The notes beneath the pieces are model-generated. The model worked only from the letters and a program-made list of their open reading frames with translations, was not told where the DNA came from and searched no databases. Source: Demequinaceae bacterium (lineage in GTDB: Bacteria; Actinomycetota; Actinomycetes; Actinomycetales; Demequinaceae). From it: DNA of 32,000 nt. The DNA lies in NCBI GenBank assembly GCA_965250005.1, contig OZ252279.1:480001-512000 (forward strand), in the 5' to 3' direction. Shown in pieces: positions 1 through 9,996 of this stretch (its first letter is position 1; every line of letters begins with the position of its first letter). Position numbers and translations under genes: made by a program.

Positions 1-2003
1 TGCCTTCTTCGCCGCGCTCGGCGGCGAGGGCCACTTTGACGGAAAGCTCGGTCAAGTCGGGCAGGAACTCGTGAAGTGGCGGGTCGATTAGCCGAATGGT
101 AACGGGGAAGCCGTCCATCTCTTCGAGCAGGTCGACGAAGTCTTCACGCTGGAGCGGCAGGAGCGCATCCAGGGCCGCTTGCTGCTCGGCTTCTTCCGTT
201 GCGAGGATGAGTCGCTCAATGAGCAACCGCCTGTCGCCAAGGAACATGTGCTCAGTGCGGCACAACCCGATTCCGGTCGCGCCCCATACGCGCGCCCTCT
301 TGGCGTCCGCCGCCGTGTCGGCGTTTGCGTATACGCCCAACGTGCGAGCTTCGTCAGCGTGCGCGAGGAGTGTATCGACCGCGACAACCAACTCGCGGGC
401 GTCCTCGTCGTCGGCTGCCAGTTCGGACAGCGCGACCTCCAGTCCTTCCTCGAGGTAGCGGACCACGGGGGAGGGGACCACCGGCACGCTGCCCAAGAAT
501 ATCTCGCCCGTCGCTCCGTCAATGGCAATGATTTCTCCCTCACCAACCTTCTTACCGCCCGCGGTGAACTTCTTCGCGCGGACGTCGACATCTAGCTCCT
601 CGGCACCCACGACACACGTGGTGCCCATTCCGCGCGCCACCACTGCGGCGTGTGACGTCTTGCCGCCGCGCGAGGTCAGCACACCGACGGACGCGATCAT
701 CCCGCCCAAGTCGTCCGGATTGGTCTCTCGCCGGACCAGGATGACGTCCTTGCCCTTTTCGGCCCACTCCTCGGCGGTCGCAGACGAGAACACGGCTGCA
801 CCAACGGCGGCGCCAGGTGAAGCCGACATCCCGGTCGCGAGTAGCGTGCGCTTCGCGTTGGGGTCGAACTGCGGGAACATTAGCTTGGTCAGTTGTTCGC
901 CAGTGACGCGTTCGAGCGCCTCGTCCTTGGTGATGATGTGCTCGTCAACCAACTGGTTCGCGATACGAAATGCTGCTGCCGCCGTTCGCTTGCCGATGCG
1001 AGTCTGGAGCATCCAGAGTTTGCCGCGTTCAACGGTGAATTCGATGTCGCACAGGTCACGGTAATGATTCTCCAATCGGCGCATGGCCAGGCGGAGCTCG
1101 GCGAACGATTCGGGGTCGAGCTTCTCAAAGTCAGCGAGCGAAAGCGTGTTGCGGATGCCCGCGACGACGTCCTCGCCCTGGGCGTTTTGCAGGTAGTCCC
1201 CGTAGTCGCCGGTCATGCCTGTTGCCGGGTCACGCGTGAAGCAGACGCCAGTGCCAGAGTCTTCGCCTAGGTTTCCGAATACCATTGCGACCACGTTGAC
1301 TGCCGTGCCCAGATCATCCGAGATTCGTTCACGCCTGCGGTACAGGCGCGCGCGATCGGTGTTCCACGAGTTGAATACCGCCTCGATGGCAAGGTCCAGC
1401 TGCTCCCGGGGGTGCTGCGGGAACTCCCTGCCCGACTTGTCGAGGACGATTGCCTTAAACTCCGCGACCAGTTCGCGCAGGTCAGTGGCGGGCAACTCGG
1501 TGTCCGCCTTGACCTTGCGCGCCTTCTTCTTGGCGTCGAGCGCACCGCTGAAAAGATCGGCGTCAATGTCCAGGACTGTCTTGCCGAACATCTGGATCAG
1601 GCGCCGGTACGAATCCCACGCGAAGCGGTCGTCACCAGCGAACTCCGCCAGGCCCTCGACGGAGGCATCGTTGAGGCCCACATTGAGCACAGTTTCCATC
1701 ATGCCGGGCATCGAAAACTTGGCGCCCGATCGGACAGAGACGAGCAAGGGATCTCTGAAATCCCCGAGGCCGCGACTTAGGTCGTCCTCGAGTTGGCGAA
1801 CAGCCATGGTGACCTGCACACGCAACTCCGGCGGCAGGTTAGAGGTTTGCATGTACACACGACACGCGTCCGTCGCGATGGTGAAGCCCGGTGGAACGGG
1901 CAACCCCAGGTTGGTCATCTCGGCGAGATTCGCGCCCTTGCCACCGAGAAGGTCTTTGAGGTCCTTGCTGCCCTCGCTGAACTCATACACGTACTTGACC
2001 ATG
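1..2003 (-). CDS. ppdK: pyruvate, phosphate dikinase (N-terminal ~667 aa; C-terminus lies beyond the left edge)
   Basis: Absent from the ORF track because it runs off the window. The reverse-strand ATG at 2003 is preceded by AGGAGG. The translation begins MVKYVYEFSEGSKDLKDLLGGKGANLAEMTNLGLPVPPGFTI. The phospho-His loop RGGKTSHAAVVARGMGT lies at about 620-670. The frame stays open to nt 3. Confidence 0.9.
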
Positions 2004-2129
2004 AAACGCCTCCTGACGCAGGCTCCGGCCCCTTTGCCGATTGCCTCATGGTTTCAAATGTACAACCGCTCGATGGGTGACCTAGGGCCCGGGTCGGTAC
2101 TCGCTGCCGCGGGCTGGTCTGCCGCACCA

Positions 2130-3788
2130 TTACCAACTAGCCGGACCGTAGTCCTTCAGAAAGACCCCGAATTGGTCCTCGCCTGCCTGCCCACGCACAA
2201 TCGGGTCATAGACCCGCGCCGCGCCGTCCTCCAGGTCGAGGGGGGCGTGGAAGCCCTCTTCGGCGAGCCGCACCTTGGTGGGGTGCGGCCGCTCGTCGGT
2301 GATCCATCCCGTGTCGACGCTTGTCATAAGGATGTGATCTGTCTCGAACATCTCCCGTGCGCTTGTACGGGTGAGCATGTTGACGGCGGCCTTGGCCATA
2401 TTGGTGTGCGGATGGCCAGGGCCCTTGTACCCGCGTCCGAACACGCCCTCCATCGCAGAGACGTTGACAACAAAACTACGCGCGGGCTCGCGGGCGGCGC
2501 GAGCCGCCGCCGCCAACTGTGGGCGCAGGCGGCTGATGAGAATGAACGGTGCCGTCTCGTTGCACAGTTGCACCTCAAGGAGTTCGAGCGCGTTGACATC
2601 TCCGATCGCCTGCACCCAGCTGTTCGAGTCGTGCAGGTCCGGAACGAGGCCACCCGCATCGATTGCCGACCCGTCCGCCAGCCGCTCCAATGATGACGAC
2701 CCCGGCGCGAGCGCCATGTCCGTGAGAATCTGCGCGTTCTCCGCGGCCACATCCGCAGATGCCAGCGCAGTGGCGTCGAGCGGCGCGCCAGTCTCCGCGG
2801 AGTGTGCGGAGGCGAGCAACGGGTGAACTGCCACAGATTCGGCAAGCGCATGCGGGTGCTCGTCACTGGTGCGCCCAAGCGTGAGCATGTGCGGCCCGCA
2901 GCCCCGCTCCCATAGCCCTGGCGCCACAGGCACAGATTCGGCGTCCGCGAGAGGCGCGTAGGAGCCGGGCGAGCGCCGCACCGTCTGCGCCGCGTTATTG
3001 ATCAAGATGTCCAGGGGCCCGTGGGCCGCGACCGAGTCGGCAAGAGCGACCACCTGGGCGGGGTCCCGCAGGTCAATCCCGACCACACTGAGCCGGTGAA
3101 GCCAGTCCGACGCGTCGTGCATCGCCGCGAAGCGCCGAACAGCGTCGCGGGGGAATCGCGTGGTGATAGTCGTGTGCGCGCCGTCCCGAAGCAGCCGCAG
3201 GGCTATGTGCATCCCGATCTTTGCTCGGCCGCCGGTGAGCAGCGCGCGCTTACCGGTGAGGTCGGTGCGGGCTTCGCGCTTGGCGTGGCTAGTGACGGAG
3301 CACTCGGGGCACAGTTGGTGGTAGAACGCGTCCACCCGCGTGTAGTGCTGTTTGCAGATGTAGCACGCGCGCGACTTGAGCAGCGTGCCTGCGCTGAGAG
3401 TGTCGCTGGACGGGGAGAGTTCCACACCGCGGGTTTCGTCGTCGATGCGGTCCGGGGCGCCCGTGGCCGTTGCGGCAACCACGGCACGGTCGTTCTTCTG
3501 GACCCATGCGCGTTTCACGTTGCGGCGGTTGACCTTGACTGCTTTGTACATGCGCGACGTGGCGTGGCGTACTGCCACGAAATCAGGGTGCTGCTCATCC
3601 ACTTCGTGGATGGAGTCGAGCACGCGCAAGGTCGCCTCCAGATCCGCGGGGTCGACTGCGGAGACGTCGGGCTCACTCGGAGGGTTTTGCACGCGGCATA
3701 GCCTACCTAGTGTCTGGCGGGTGGACCGCGCGCGCGGCCACTCCCGAGCCTCCAGATCGCATGAGCGTAGATTGGCGAGTGCGTACAC
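2130..3788 (-). CDS. SDR-family oxidoreductase with a long N-terminal extension containing a CxxC-x14-CxxC zinc-ribbon-like motif
   Basis: 552-aa ORF. Rossmann motif: KRALLTGGRAKIGMHIALRLL. It also has NNAAQT and the C-terminal MAKAAVNMLTRT...GWITDE. The N-terminal part contains CYICKQHYTRVDAFYHQLCPEC. The start is uncertain; an in-frame GTG at 3692 is an alternative. Confidence 0.75.
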   Translation of the reverse strand: MYALANLRSCDLEAREWPRARSTRQTLGRLCRVQNPPSEPDVSAVDPADLEATLRVLDSIHEVDEQHPDFVAVRHATSRMYKAVKVNRRNVKRAWVQKNDRAVVAATATGAPDRIDDETRGVELSPSSDTLSAGTLLKSRACYICKQHYTRVDAFYHQLCPECSVTSHAKREARTDLTGKRALLTGGRAKIGMHIALRLLRDGAHTTITTRFPRDAVRRFAAMHDASDWLHRLSVVGIDLRDPAQVVALADSVAAHGPLDILINNAAQTVRRSPGSYAPLADAESVPVAPGLWERGCGPHMLTLGRTSDEHPHALAESVAVHPLLASAHSAETGAPLDATALASADVAAENAQILTDMALAPGSSSLERLADGSAIDAGGLVPDLHDSNSWVQAIGDVNALELLEVQLCNETAPFILISRLRPQLAAAARAAREPARSFVVNVSAMEGVFGRGYKGPGHPHTNMAKAAVNMLTRTSAREMFETDHILMTSVDTGWITDERPHPTKVRLAEEGFHAPLDLEDGAARVYDPIVRGQAGEDQFGVFLKDYGPASW

Positions 3789-4078
3789 AGCGCCTCAAAG
3801 CGCGACCCCCGACCAACGGACTCCCTCATGGCCGTTGAAAGCAAGGCTCAAACTCAATAGAGCGGAGACCCGCTCTCCGGCTCCGGCCACACCAAGCTCG
3901 CCTCGTCCGGTGTCGCAAGCGCTGGCGGGAGTCGAGATTCGCCTGGCGAGGGCGACTCTCGCATAGATCACTTGGTCGCTGCGTTATGACAAGAGGTCCC
4001 TGCCACACCGAATGGCTTCAAGCCGCACAGACTAACCGGGCATTCGGATTCGCCTCGCGCCTACGTCGTCCTCATCCG

Positions 4079-5851
4079 CTATCCCTTGCGCCGCGGCTTG
4101 CTCGCGCCGTGAGATCGACTATTTCGCGCATTCGGCAGTCCGCGGTCCGGCGTCAGGTTGATGAGCACGCCGCTGATGCGCGTCCGCGCGAGCTTGCCAA
4201 GCGTTTCTGGCGAGAGGTCGGCGGGCAGATCCACGAGCGAGAAGCCCGGCAGAATCTTGATCGCGCCGAAGTCTTCGCGGCTTAGCCCGCCCTCGTTCGC
4301 GATCGCACCCACAATCTGGCGGGGTTCCACCTTGTGGCGTTTGCCAACGGCGATCCGATAGGTAGCGCTCGGCCCGGCGCCCGAGCGTCGGTCGCGCCCC
4401 TGTCTCTTGCCTCCGCGCGCGTCTCGCCCCTTGCCGCCCTTGTTTCCCGTGTTCGCGAATTCCTCGCGATGTACCTTTTCCTGCTCGGCGGATAGCAGCA
4501 GGGGAGTGTCTCCCTGGGCGACCACAGCAAGCGCGGCCGCCACATCCGCCTCGGGAACGTCATGGTTCTCGACGTAGTGGCCGACGATGTCTCGAAACCG
4601 TTGGATTTCTTCGCCCCGCGCAAGGGCGGCAGTGATCGAGTCATCGAACCGGGTGAGCCGAGTCGCGTTGACATCGTCGACGCTCGGGAGGTGCATTTGG
4701 GTCAGGGGCTGTCGCGTTGCGCGTTCGATTGCAGACAGCATCCGACGCTCGCGGGGGGTTACGAAACTGATCGCGTCTCCCGTGCGGCCTGCGCGCCCGG
4801 TCCGGCCCACGCGGTGTACGTACGACTCGGTATCGATAGGGATGTCGTAATTGACCACGTGACTAATGCGGTCGACATCGAGCCCGCGCGCGGCGACGTC
4901 CGTGGCCACGAGGATGTCGAGCTTGCCGTCTTTGAGTTGCTTGATGGTGCGTTCCCGCTGGGCCTGGACAATGTCGCCGTTGATGGCGGAGGCGGCATGA
5001 CCGCGCGCGCGCAGTTTTTCGGCGAGCGTCTCGGTCTCATTCTTGGTGCGAGTGAACACGATCATCGCCTCGAAGTTCTCCACTTCGAGGATGCGCGTGA
5101 GCGCGTCGACTTTCTGCGGATAGGAGACGATGAGGTAGCGCTGGGTCAGGTTGGTAGACGTCGTGGTCTTCTGCTTGACCGTGATCTCTGTGGGGTTGTT
5201 CAGATACTTTGCTGACAGCCTGCGGATCTGCTTGGGCATCGTCGCGGAGAAGAGCGCGACCTGTTTCGCCTCTGGCGTCTTCGCGAGGATCGTCTCGACG
5301 TCCTCTGCGAATCCCATTTTGAGCATCTCGTCGGCCTCGTCGAGCACGAGATACTTGAGTTCAGACAGGTCGAGCGTGCGTTTTTCGAGGTGATCCATGA
5401 TGCGACCGGGCGTACCTACGACCACGTGAACGCCGCGTCTCAAGGCCGAAAGCTGGACGCCATAGCCTTGGCCGCCGTAGACCGGAAGAACGTGAACACC
5501 CTTGATGTGGTGCGCGTACTTCTCGAACGCCTCGCACACCTGCAGAGCGAGCTCCCGCGTGGGCGCAAGGACGAGCGCTTGGGGATTCTTCTGCGCCACG
5601 TCCAGCCGAGACAGGATCGGCAGCGCGAACGCTGCGGTCTTGCCGGTACCGGTCTGGGCGAGTCCCACTACGTCTCTGCCTTCGAGTAGCGGGGGAATGG
5701 TCGCGGCTTGGATCGCGGACGGTGTCTCGTAGCCCACATCGTTGAGCCCCTTGAGGATTGGGCCGTCGAGCCCAAGCTGCGAGAACGTGAGGCTTTCGGT
5801 CGCGGGGGAAGCTGAGTCTGGGTCGCGGGAGGCGTGAGAGGGCATACGCAT
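4079..5851 (-). CDS. deaD: DEAD-box ATP-dependent RNA helicase (DeaD/CsdA-like, with C-terminal DbpA-type RNA-binding tail)
   Basis: 590-aa ORF. Motifs: Q-motif region FSQLGL...GYETPSAIQ, AQTGTGKT, VLDEADEML, SAT, and HRVGRTGRAG. The C-terminal basic Gly/Arg region is followed by YRIAVGKRHKV...GAIKILPGFSLVDLP. Confidence 0.92.
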   Translation of the reverse strand: MRMPSHASRDPDSASPATESLTFSQLGLDGPILKGLNDVGYETPSAIQAATIPPLLEGRDVVGLAQTGTGKTAAFALPILSRLDVAQKNPQALVLAPTRELALQVCEAFEKYAHHIKGVHVLPVYGGQGYGVQLSALRRGVHVVVGTPGRIMDHLEKRTLDLSELKYLVLDEADEMLKMGFAEDVETILAKTPEAKQVALFSATMPKQIRRLSAKYLNNPTEITVKQKTTTSTNLTQRYLIVSYPQKVDALTRILEVENFEAMIVFTRTKNETETLAEKLRARGHAASAINGDIVQAQRERTIKQLKDGKLDILVATDVAARGLDVDRISHVVNYDIPIDTESYVHRVGRTGRAGRTGDAISFVTPRERRMLSAIERATRQPLTQMHLPSVDDVNATRLTRFDDSITAALARGEEIQRFRDIVGHYVENHDVPEADVAAALAVVAQGDTPLLLSAEQEKVHREEFANTGNKGGKGRDARGGKRQGRDRRSGAGPSATYRIAVGKRHKVEPRQIVGAIANEGGLSREDFGAIKILPGFSLVDLPADLSPETLGKLARTRISGVLINLTPDRGLPNARNSRSHGASKPRRKG

Positions 5852-5897
5852 ACGGTAGTCCCTCGCGGTCCGGCGTCACGTCCGGGGGCCTCTGTCG

Positions 5898-6545
5898 CTA
5901 CGCGTCGCGTGCGGTGAGGGAGTCCGCTACGTAATCGCGGGCGTCAGCCATTTCCTGTTCGTTGATGCCGTGGGCTAGGCCTCGGTAGACGTGGACGCGA
6001 AGTGAGACGTGGTCTGCCAGCCAAGCCTCCGAGCGTTCGACCACCGATGCGGGCACCACCAAGTCGGCGTCACCACGGCCCCAGAAAACCTCTGGGCGCG
6101 CGGCCGTCACGGCGTCGTCTCCGGATTGCCTCGCCGCAGTGGTGAAGCCCGCCAGAACCACCGTCGCTGCGATGCGGTCCGGGCGGGTGCGCAGCATCTG
6201 GATGGCCATGAATCCGCCCTGCGAGAAGCCCACCGGAATGAGCGGCGTAGCGCCGCCTACGTGTTCGTCCACCCAGGACCACAGGGCGTCGGTAGCTGCC
6301 ACAACCGCAACGGGATCGGGCTCGACTTCGATGTCGAGCAACGGGAACCAAGCGGCGCCACCGTACCCCATCTCGATGGGCGCGCGCAGCGATGCCCATG
6401 GCAACTCGGGCGGAAGCATGGGCGCGAGTCCCGCGAGGTCTCCTTCGTGCGAGCCGTACCCGTGGAGCAGAATCACCAGCGGGGAGCGGTGGTCAGCCGA
6501 GGGAGTGGGCCAGTCGGGGGACTCAACAGATCGAAGTAGGGTCAC
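5898..6545 (-). CDS. alpha/beta hydrolase, phospholipase/carboxylesterase family
   Basis: Contains LVILLHGYGSHEGDL, the nucleophile elbow GFSQGG, and a C-terminal GLAHGI. I truncated the 310-aa track ORF to the in-frame GTG at 6545. The upstream extension is low-complexity and overlaps a better plus-strand small ORF and its RBS. Confidence 0.75.
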   Translation of the reverse strand: MTLLRSVESPDWPTPSADHRSPLVILLHGYGSHEGDLAGLAPMLPPELPWASLRAPIEMGYGGAAWFPLLDIEVEPDPVAVVAATDALWSWVDEHVGGATPLIPVGFSQGGFMAIQMLRTRPDRIAATVVLAGFTTAARQSGDDAVTAARPEVFWGRGDADLVVPASVVERSEAWLADHVSLRVHVYRGLAHGINEQEMADARDYVADSLTARDA

Positions 6546-6617
6546 TGGGCAAGTATCGCGCGTGCCGACACCCGCACCAACCCGCGGGCGCGTACGATTC
6601 CGGCAGGAAGGAGCAAC

Positions 6618-6848
6618 ATGACAGACGAGGACACAACTCCCGAGAACGCGAACCAACGCGGCGAGGGCCAGCAGATTGAGCGCGAACGCATCGTCGCCTA
6701 TCTGTCCAAGTTTGAGGGCAACTCTAAGGTAGCGGCCGAAACGGCTGATACCGAGGAATCGCAGATCTACCAGAAGACGATCGCAAGCGCGATGACAGCG
6801 ATGCGCCAAGCCATCGCAGGCGAGTTCCACTGGAAGGCAGACCTATAA
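6618..6848 (+). CDS. small acidic hypothetical protein (76 aa)
   Basis: The ATG is preceded by GGAAGGAG at good spacing. The composition is balanced and non-repetitive (MTDEDTTPENANQRGEGQQIERERIVAYLSKFEG...). I recognise no family. Confidence 0.5.
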   Translation: MTDEDTTPENANQRGEGQQIERERIVAYLSKFEGNSKVAAETADTEESQIYQKTIASAMTAMRQAIAGEFHWKADL

Positions 6849-6904
6849 CACGAGTAGCGTGCGCGCTGCTCAGCACACCTTGCTGGCGAACGTAGGGTTG
6901 TGCC

Positions 6905-8341
6905 ATGCCATTTGCCCGCCTGGTTGCCAGGACGCCACTTGACGCCCTCGTCCCGATCTTCGACAAAATCCGTAAGGATTCGCACGTCAGGGATGGCTAC
7001 TCGAAGGACGCCTACTTTGAAGCCGAGGACGGGGGGGCAGTTGCCGATCCCGCACACATTGTCGGGGGTCGCGAGGAGGCCACCAGCATCCCGCTGGTCA
7101 CGATCGACCCCGTTGGCTCGCGCGACTTGGATCAGGCCGTCCACATCGAACGGCTAGGCGACGGGCACCGCGTCTTCTACGCCATCGCCGACGTTGCTGC
7201 CCACGTCACGCCGGGTGGCGCCCTCGATCTGGACACTCGCCAGCGCGTCGAGACCATCTACAGCCCCGACCGGCGCATCGGCCTCCACCCGCCGGTGCTC
7301 TCCGAAGGGTACGCATCCCTCCTGCCGGGCCAGAGGACCAAATCCGTGCTCTGGACGCTCGATCTCGACGCCTCCGGCGACCTGGTGGCGACATCGTTGC
7401 GCCGCGTGTGGGCGACCAGCCGCGCGCAGTACTCGTACGCGCAGCTCGCTAGTGCGCCGCCCTCAGAGGCCGTCGAGCTCGTGACGTTGATGCGGGAGGT
7501 TGGCAAGCGCCGGCGCGCCCTCACCAAGGCGCGCGGGGCCGTGACGCTGCCGAAGCCGAGCCAGGAGGTGGTCGCGATCGACGGCCATCTCACCATCGAG
7601 TTTCGCGCCTCCCGGGGAATTGACGACGACAACGCGCAGATCTCGCTGCTGACCGGAGAGGCGGCAGCGCGACTCATGCTCGACGCGGGGGTCGGCATTC
7701 TCCGGACCATGCCGCCTGCCACCAAGGGCTCGCTTCGTCGCCTGCGGCGCCAGGCCAAGGGGCTCGGGATCGACTGGCCCGCGGACGCCTCGTACGCGGA
7801 TCTTCTCAACACATTCGACCTCGATGCTCCGGCCAGCGCCGCATTCCTTGTCGAGGCCGTGTCCCTATTCCGTGGCGCGAGTTGGGAGGCGTTCAACGAT
7901 TCTGACCCCAATCTGACGCGGTCCGATTCCATCACCCACGGAGCACTCGCCGTGGCGTACGCGCACGTGACCGCACCGTTGCGGCGCCTCGCCGACCGCT
8001 ACGCCACCGAGATCTGCCTCGCTCACGCCCACGGCGAGGCCGTACCTGCGTGGGTTATCGAGGCCCTGCCATGGATAGGTGACGAGATGGCACGGGGCGT
8101 CCGCGTTGCCAAACGCGTCGACCGCGCCTGCATCGACGCGGTCGAGGCGGCGATGCTCGCGCCACACGTAGGGGAGACGTTTACGGGAATCGGCCTAGAC
8201 GACTCCACCGTTCAACTGCGCACGCCCGCGGTAGTCGCTCGATGCGAGGGCAAAGTGAAACCTGGCGAGGAACAAGACATTCGGCTCGTAAGTTCACGCC
8301 CCGAACACGGGATGCTCTTCACGGTCGTCACCGGCAAGTAA
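6905..8341 (+). CDS. RNB domain-containing ribonuclease (RNase II/R-like)
   Basis: 478-aa ORF. It contains TIDPVGSRDLDQAVHIE, YAIADVAAHV, IYSPDRRIGLHPPVLSEGYASLLPG, and HGALAVAYAHVTAPLRRLADR. These are typical RNB catalytic motifs. Confidence 0.85.
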   Translation: MPFARLVARTPLDALVPIFDKIRKDSHVRDGYSKDAYFEAEDGGAVADPAHIVGGREEATSIPLVTIDPVGSRDLDQAVHIERLGDGHRVFYAIADVAAHVTPGGALDLDTRQRVETIYSPDRRIGLHPPVLSEGYASLLPGQRTKSVLWTLDLDASGDLVATSLRRVWATSRAQYSYAQLASAPPSEAVELVTLMREVGKRRRALTKARGAVTLPKPSQEVVAIDGHLTIEFRASRGIDDDNAQISLLTGEAAARLMLDAGVGILRTMPPATKGSLRRLRRQAKGLGIDWPADASYADLLNTFDLDAPASAAFLVEAVSLFRGASWEAFNDSDPNLTRSDSITHGALAVAYAHVTAPLRRLADRYATEICLAHAHGEAVPAWVIEALPWIGDEMARGVRVAKRVDRACIDAVEAAMLAPHVGETFTGIGLDDSTVQLRTPAVVARCEGKVKPGEEQDIRLVSSRPEHGMLFTVVTGK

Positions 8342-8379
8342 GAGTCCACTTGCGCCGCGCAGCAATCGAGGAGGAGACA

Positions 8380-8934
8380 GTGCAGCGATTCGTTGAGGAC
8401 CTCCTTTTCACTGCGCAGCCAATCCTGATCGTTGGCGCGATCGCGCTGACCGTCACCTTCGGGATTACACGTGCGCGTCGTGACACCCGCGCGGCCGTGC
8501 GAGCGACGCTCTGGACGCTCCTCACGCTTGGCGTCGCCACACTGCTGTGGTGGGCGCTCCTGCTGGACAACCCGAGCGCCTCAGAGGCGCAGCAAATAAA
8601 CCTCGTGCCATTTCGCGAGATCGCGCGCGGGATCCGAGCTATCGACCATGGCTACGGGATCGTCAATATCTGGGGCAACCTGGTGGTGTTCCTTCCCATT
8701 GGCGCCCTCACCATGCTTCTAGCGCGCGTGCGCTGGTGGGCCGCCGTTGGTCTATGCGCGCTCCTGTCACTCGGCATCGAGGTAACCCAGCACTTTTTGG
8801 GACGCTCGAGCGACGTAGATGACGTCATCCTCAATACGATCGGTGGCGCGATTGGCGTCGCGATGGCGTGGGCGTTCCTTGAGGTGCGTGAGCGGCGCGC
8901 TAGAAGTTTCCCGGCGCCACCTGCAAGCACGTGA
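8380..8934 (+). CDS. VanZ-family membrane protein
   Basis: The in-frame GTG at 8380 follows GAGGAGGAG. There are several TM helices. VanZ-like core: NLVPFREI...NIWGNLVVFLPIGAL...GIEVTQHFLGRSSDVDDVILNTIGGAIG. The track ORF starting at 8242 is an upstream extension overlapping the RNB gene. Confidence 0.8.
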   Translation: MQRFVEDLLFTAQPILIVGAIALTVTFGITRARRDTRAAVRATLWTLLTLGVATLLWWALLLDNPSASEAQQINLVPFREIARGIRAIDHGYGIVNIWGNLVVFLPIGALTMLLARVRWWAAVGLCALLSLGIEVTQHFLGRSSDVDDVILNTIGGAIGVAMAWAFLEVRERRARSFPAPPAST

Positions 8935-9319
8935 GGCCTAATCCGCGCCACATCTTGACTACCGAATTGCGGTCGTCCAGGACGCACAGCACCTCAAACC
9001 GGGGCTCGATCTTCTCGCGGAAGATTTGTGTCTTGACCTCGTTATCCGGGCGTCCGTCTCGGTTGGCGCGCATATAAGGCCCCAGCACCTTCACGCCAAG
9101 GTGCTTTGTGAGCCACGCTTCGGTGGATCTGCGTGACGCTTCCTGACGCCCACTGACAATGACGATCTGGTGCCCGGCGCGGTGTAGCGCCCGAGTCACC
9201 TCGATCACCGGCGCATTGGGCTCGTCGCCAGATGTGTCCGGATGGTACGGACTGCGGTCGCGCACGAGCGCGAGAGTGCCATCCATGTCCACGATCACAG
9301 CGCTGGGCTTGTTGCTCAT
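8900..9319 (-). CDS. HAD-superfamily phosphatase (polynucleotide-kinase 3'-phosphatase-like)
   Basis: The internal Met of the 244-aa track ORF gives MSNKPSAVIVDMDGTLAL (DxDGT motif). Downstream motifs: IVIVSGRQE and VLCVLDDRNSVV. The upstream 105 aa are low-complexity and antisense to arsC. Confidence 0.75.
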   Translation of the reverse strand: MSNKPSAVIVDMDGTLALVRDRSPYHPDTSGDEPNAPVIEVTRALHRAGHQIVIVSGRQEASRRSTEAWLTKHLGVKVLGPYMRANRDGRPDNEVKTQIFREKIEPRFEVLCVLDDRNSVVKMWRGLGLTCLQVAPGNF

Positions 9320-9400
9320 GCCGTCATAGTCGCATCGGCGCGAGATGAATCTTCGGCGAACCCGCGCATTGCCACCCAGATGGCCCCGTAGCCTTGTCGT

Positions 9401-9832
9401 ATGCAAGAAGTCGCGATCAGGCCGTCCGTGATGTTCGTTTGCGTCCACAATTCCGGCCGCTCCCAGATGGCGGCCGGGTTCCTCCGCGCATTCGCTGGCG
9501 ACCTCGTCGATGTCCGGTCGTCCGGCTCTGCGCCCAAGTCCGAAATCAACCCCGTGGCCGTGGACGCGATGCTCGAAATGGACATTGACATCCGTGGCCA
9601 GGTGCCCAAGATTCTGACCGCCGAGGACGCCCAAGCCTCCGATGTTATCGTCACCATGGGCTGCGGCGACGCGTGCCCGATCTTCCCTGGCAAACGCTAC
9701 GAGGACTGGGCCCTTGACGACCCCGCGGGCCAGGGTATCGAGTCAGTGCGGCCCATCCGTGACGAGATACACGGCCGCGTGATCACACTGCTCGGCTCGC
9801 TTGGCATCGCGGCCGGGAAACCTCGCCGCTAG
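9401..9832 (+). CDS. arsC: low-molecular-weight phosphatase-family arsenate reductase (ArsC) or LMW-PTP
   Basis: Contains the CX5R(S) P-loop VCVHNSGRSQMA and a distal Cys pair GCGDACP, then YEDWALDDPAG. No arsR or arsB/acr3 gene is adjacent, so a protein-phosphatase role cannot be excluded. Confidence 0.75.
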   Translation: MQEVAIRPSVMFVCVHNSGRSQMAAGFLRAFAGDLVDVRSSGSAPKSEINPVAVDAMLEMDIDIRGQVPKILTAEDAQASDVIVTMGCGDACPIFPGKRYEDWALDDPAGQGIESVRPIRDEIHGRVITLLGSLGIAAGKPRR

Positions 9833-9996
9833 CAAGATCACGCGCCCTACCGCGCCTTCTGCCTGGGCCCGGCCTCACGTTCAGGAACTCTGAGCCGACT
9901 CCCAGGGACCTCTCAGGAATCTCCCAGCATTCGTTGGTCGTATGGACTCATCGCCGCAGACGCGGTGCGAACCATGACCACATGAAGGGAAGGGCC

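Noticed and set aside
1215-2693. 492-aa plus-strand ORF
   Set aside because: It is antisense to ppdK and to the 3' end of the SDR gene. The translation is Ser/Arg/Pro-rich and low-complexity, as is typical of shadow ORFs in high-GC DNA. The opposite strand carries unmistakable PPDK motifs.
3789-4078. 290-bp intergenic region with small hairpins (for example GAGCGG-AGAC-CCGCTC) as a possible sRNA or riboswitch
   Set aside because: The stems are only short (5-7 bp), with no recognisable riboswitch core. It is most simply the deaD 3' region plus the SDR promoter.
5898-6830. 310-aa version of the esterase ORF
   Set aside because: The N-terminal ~95 aa have no family resemblance. They also overlap the small plus-strand gene (6618-6848) and its RBS. 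I shortened the ORF to GTG 6545.
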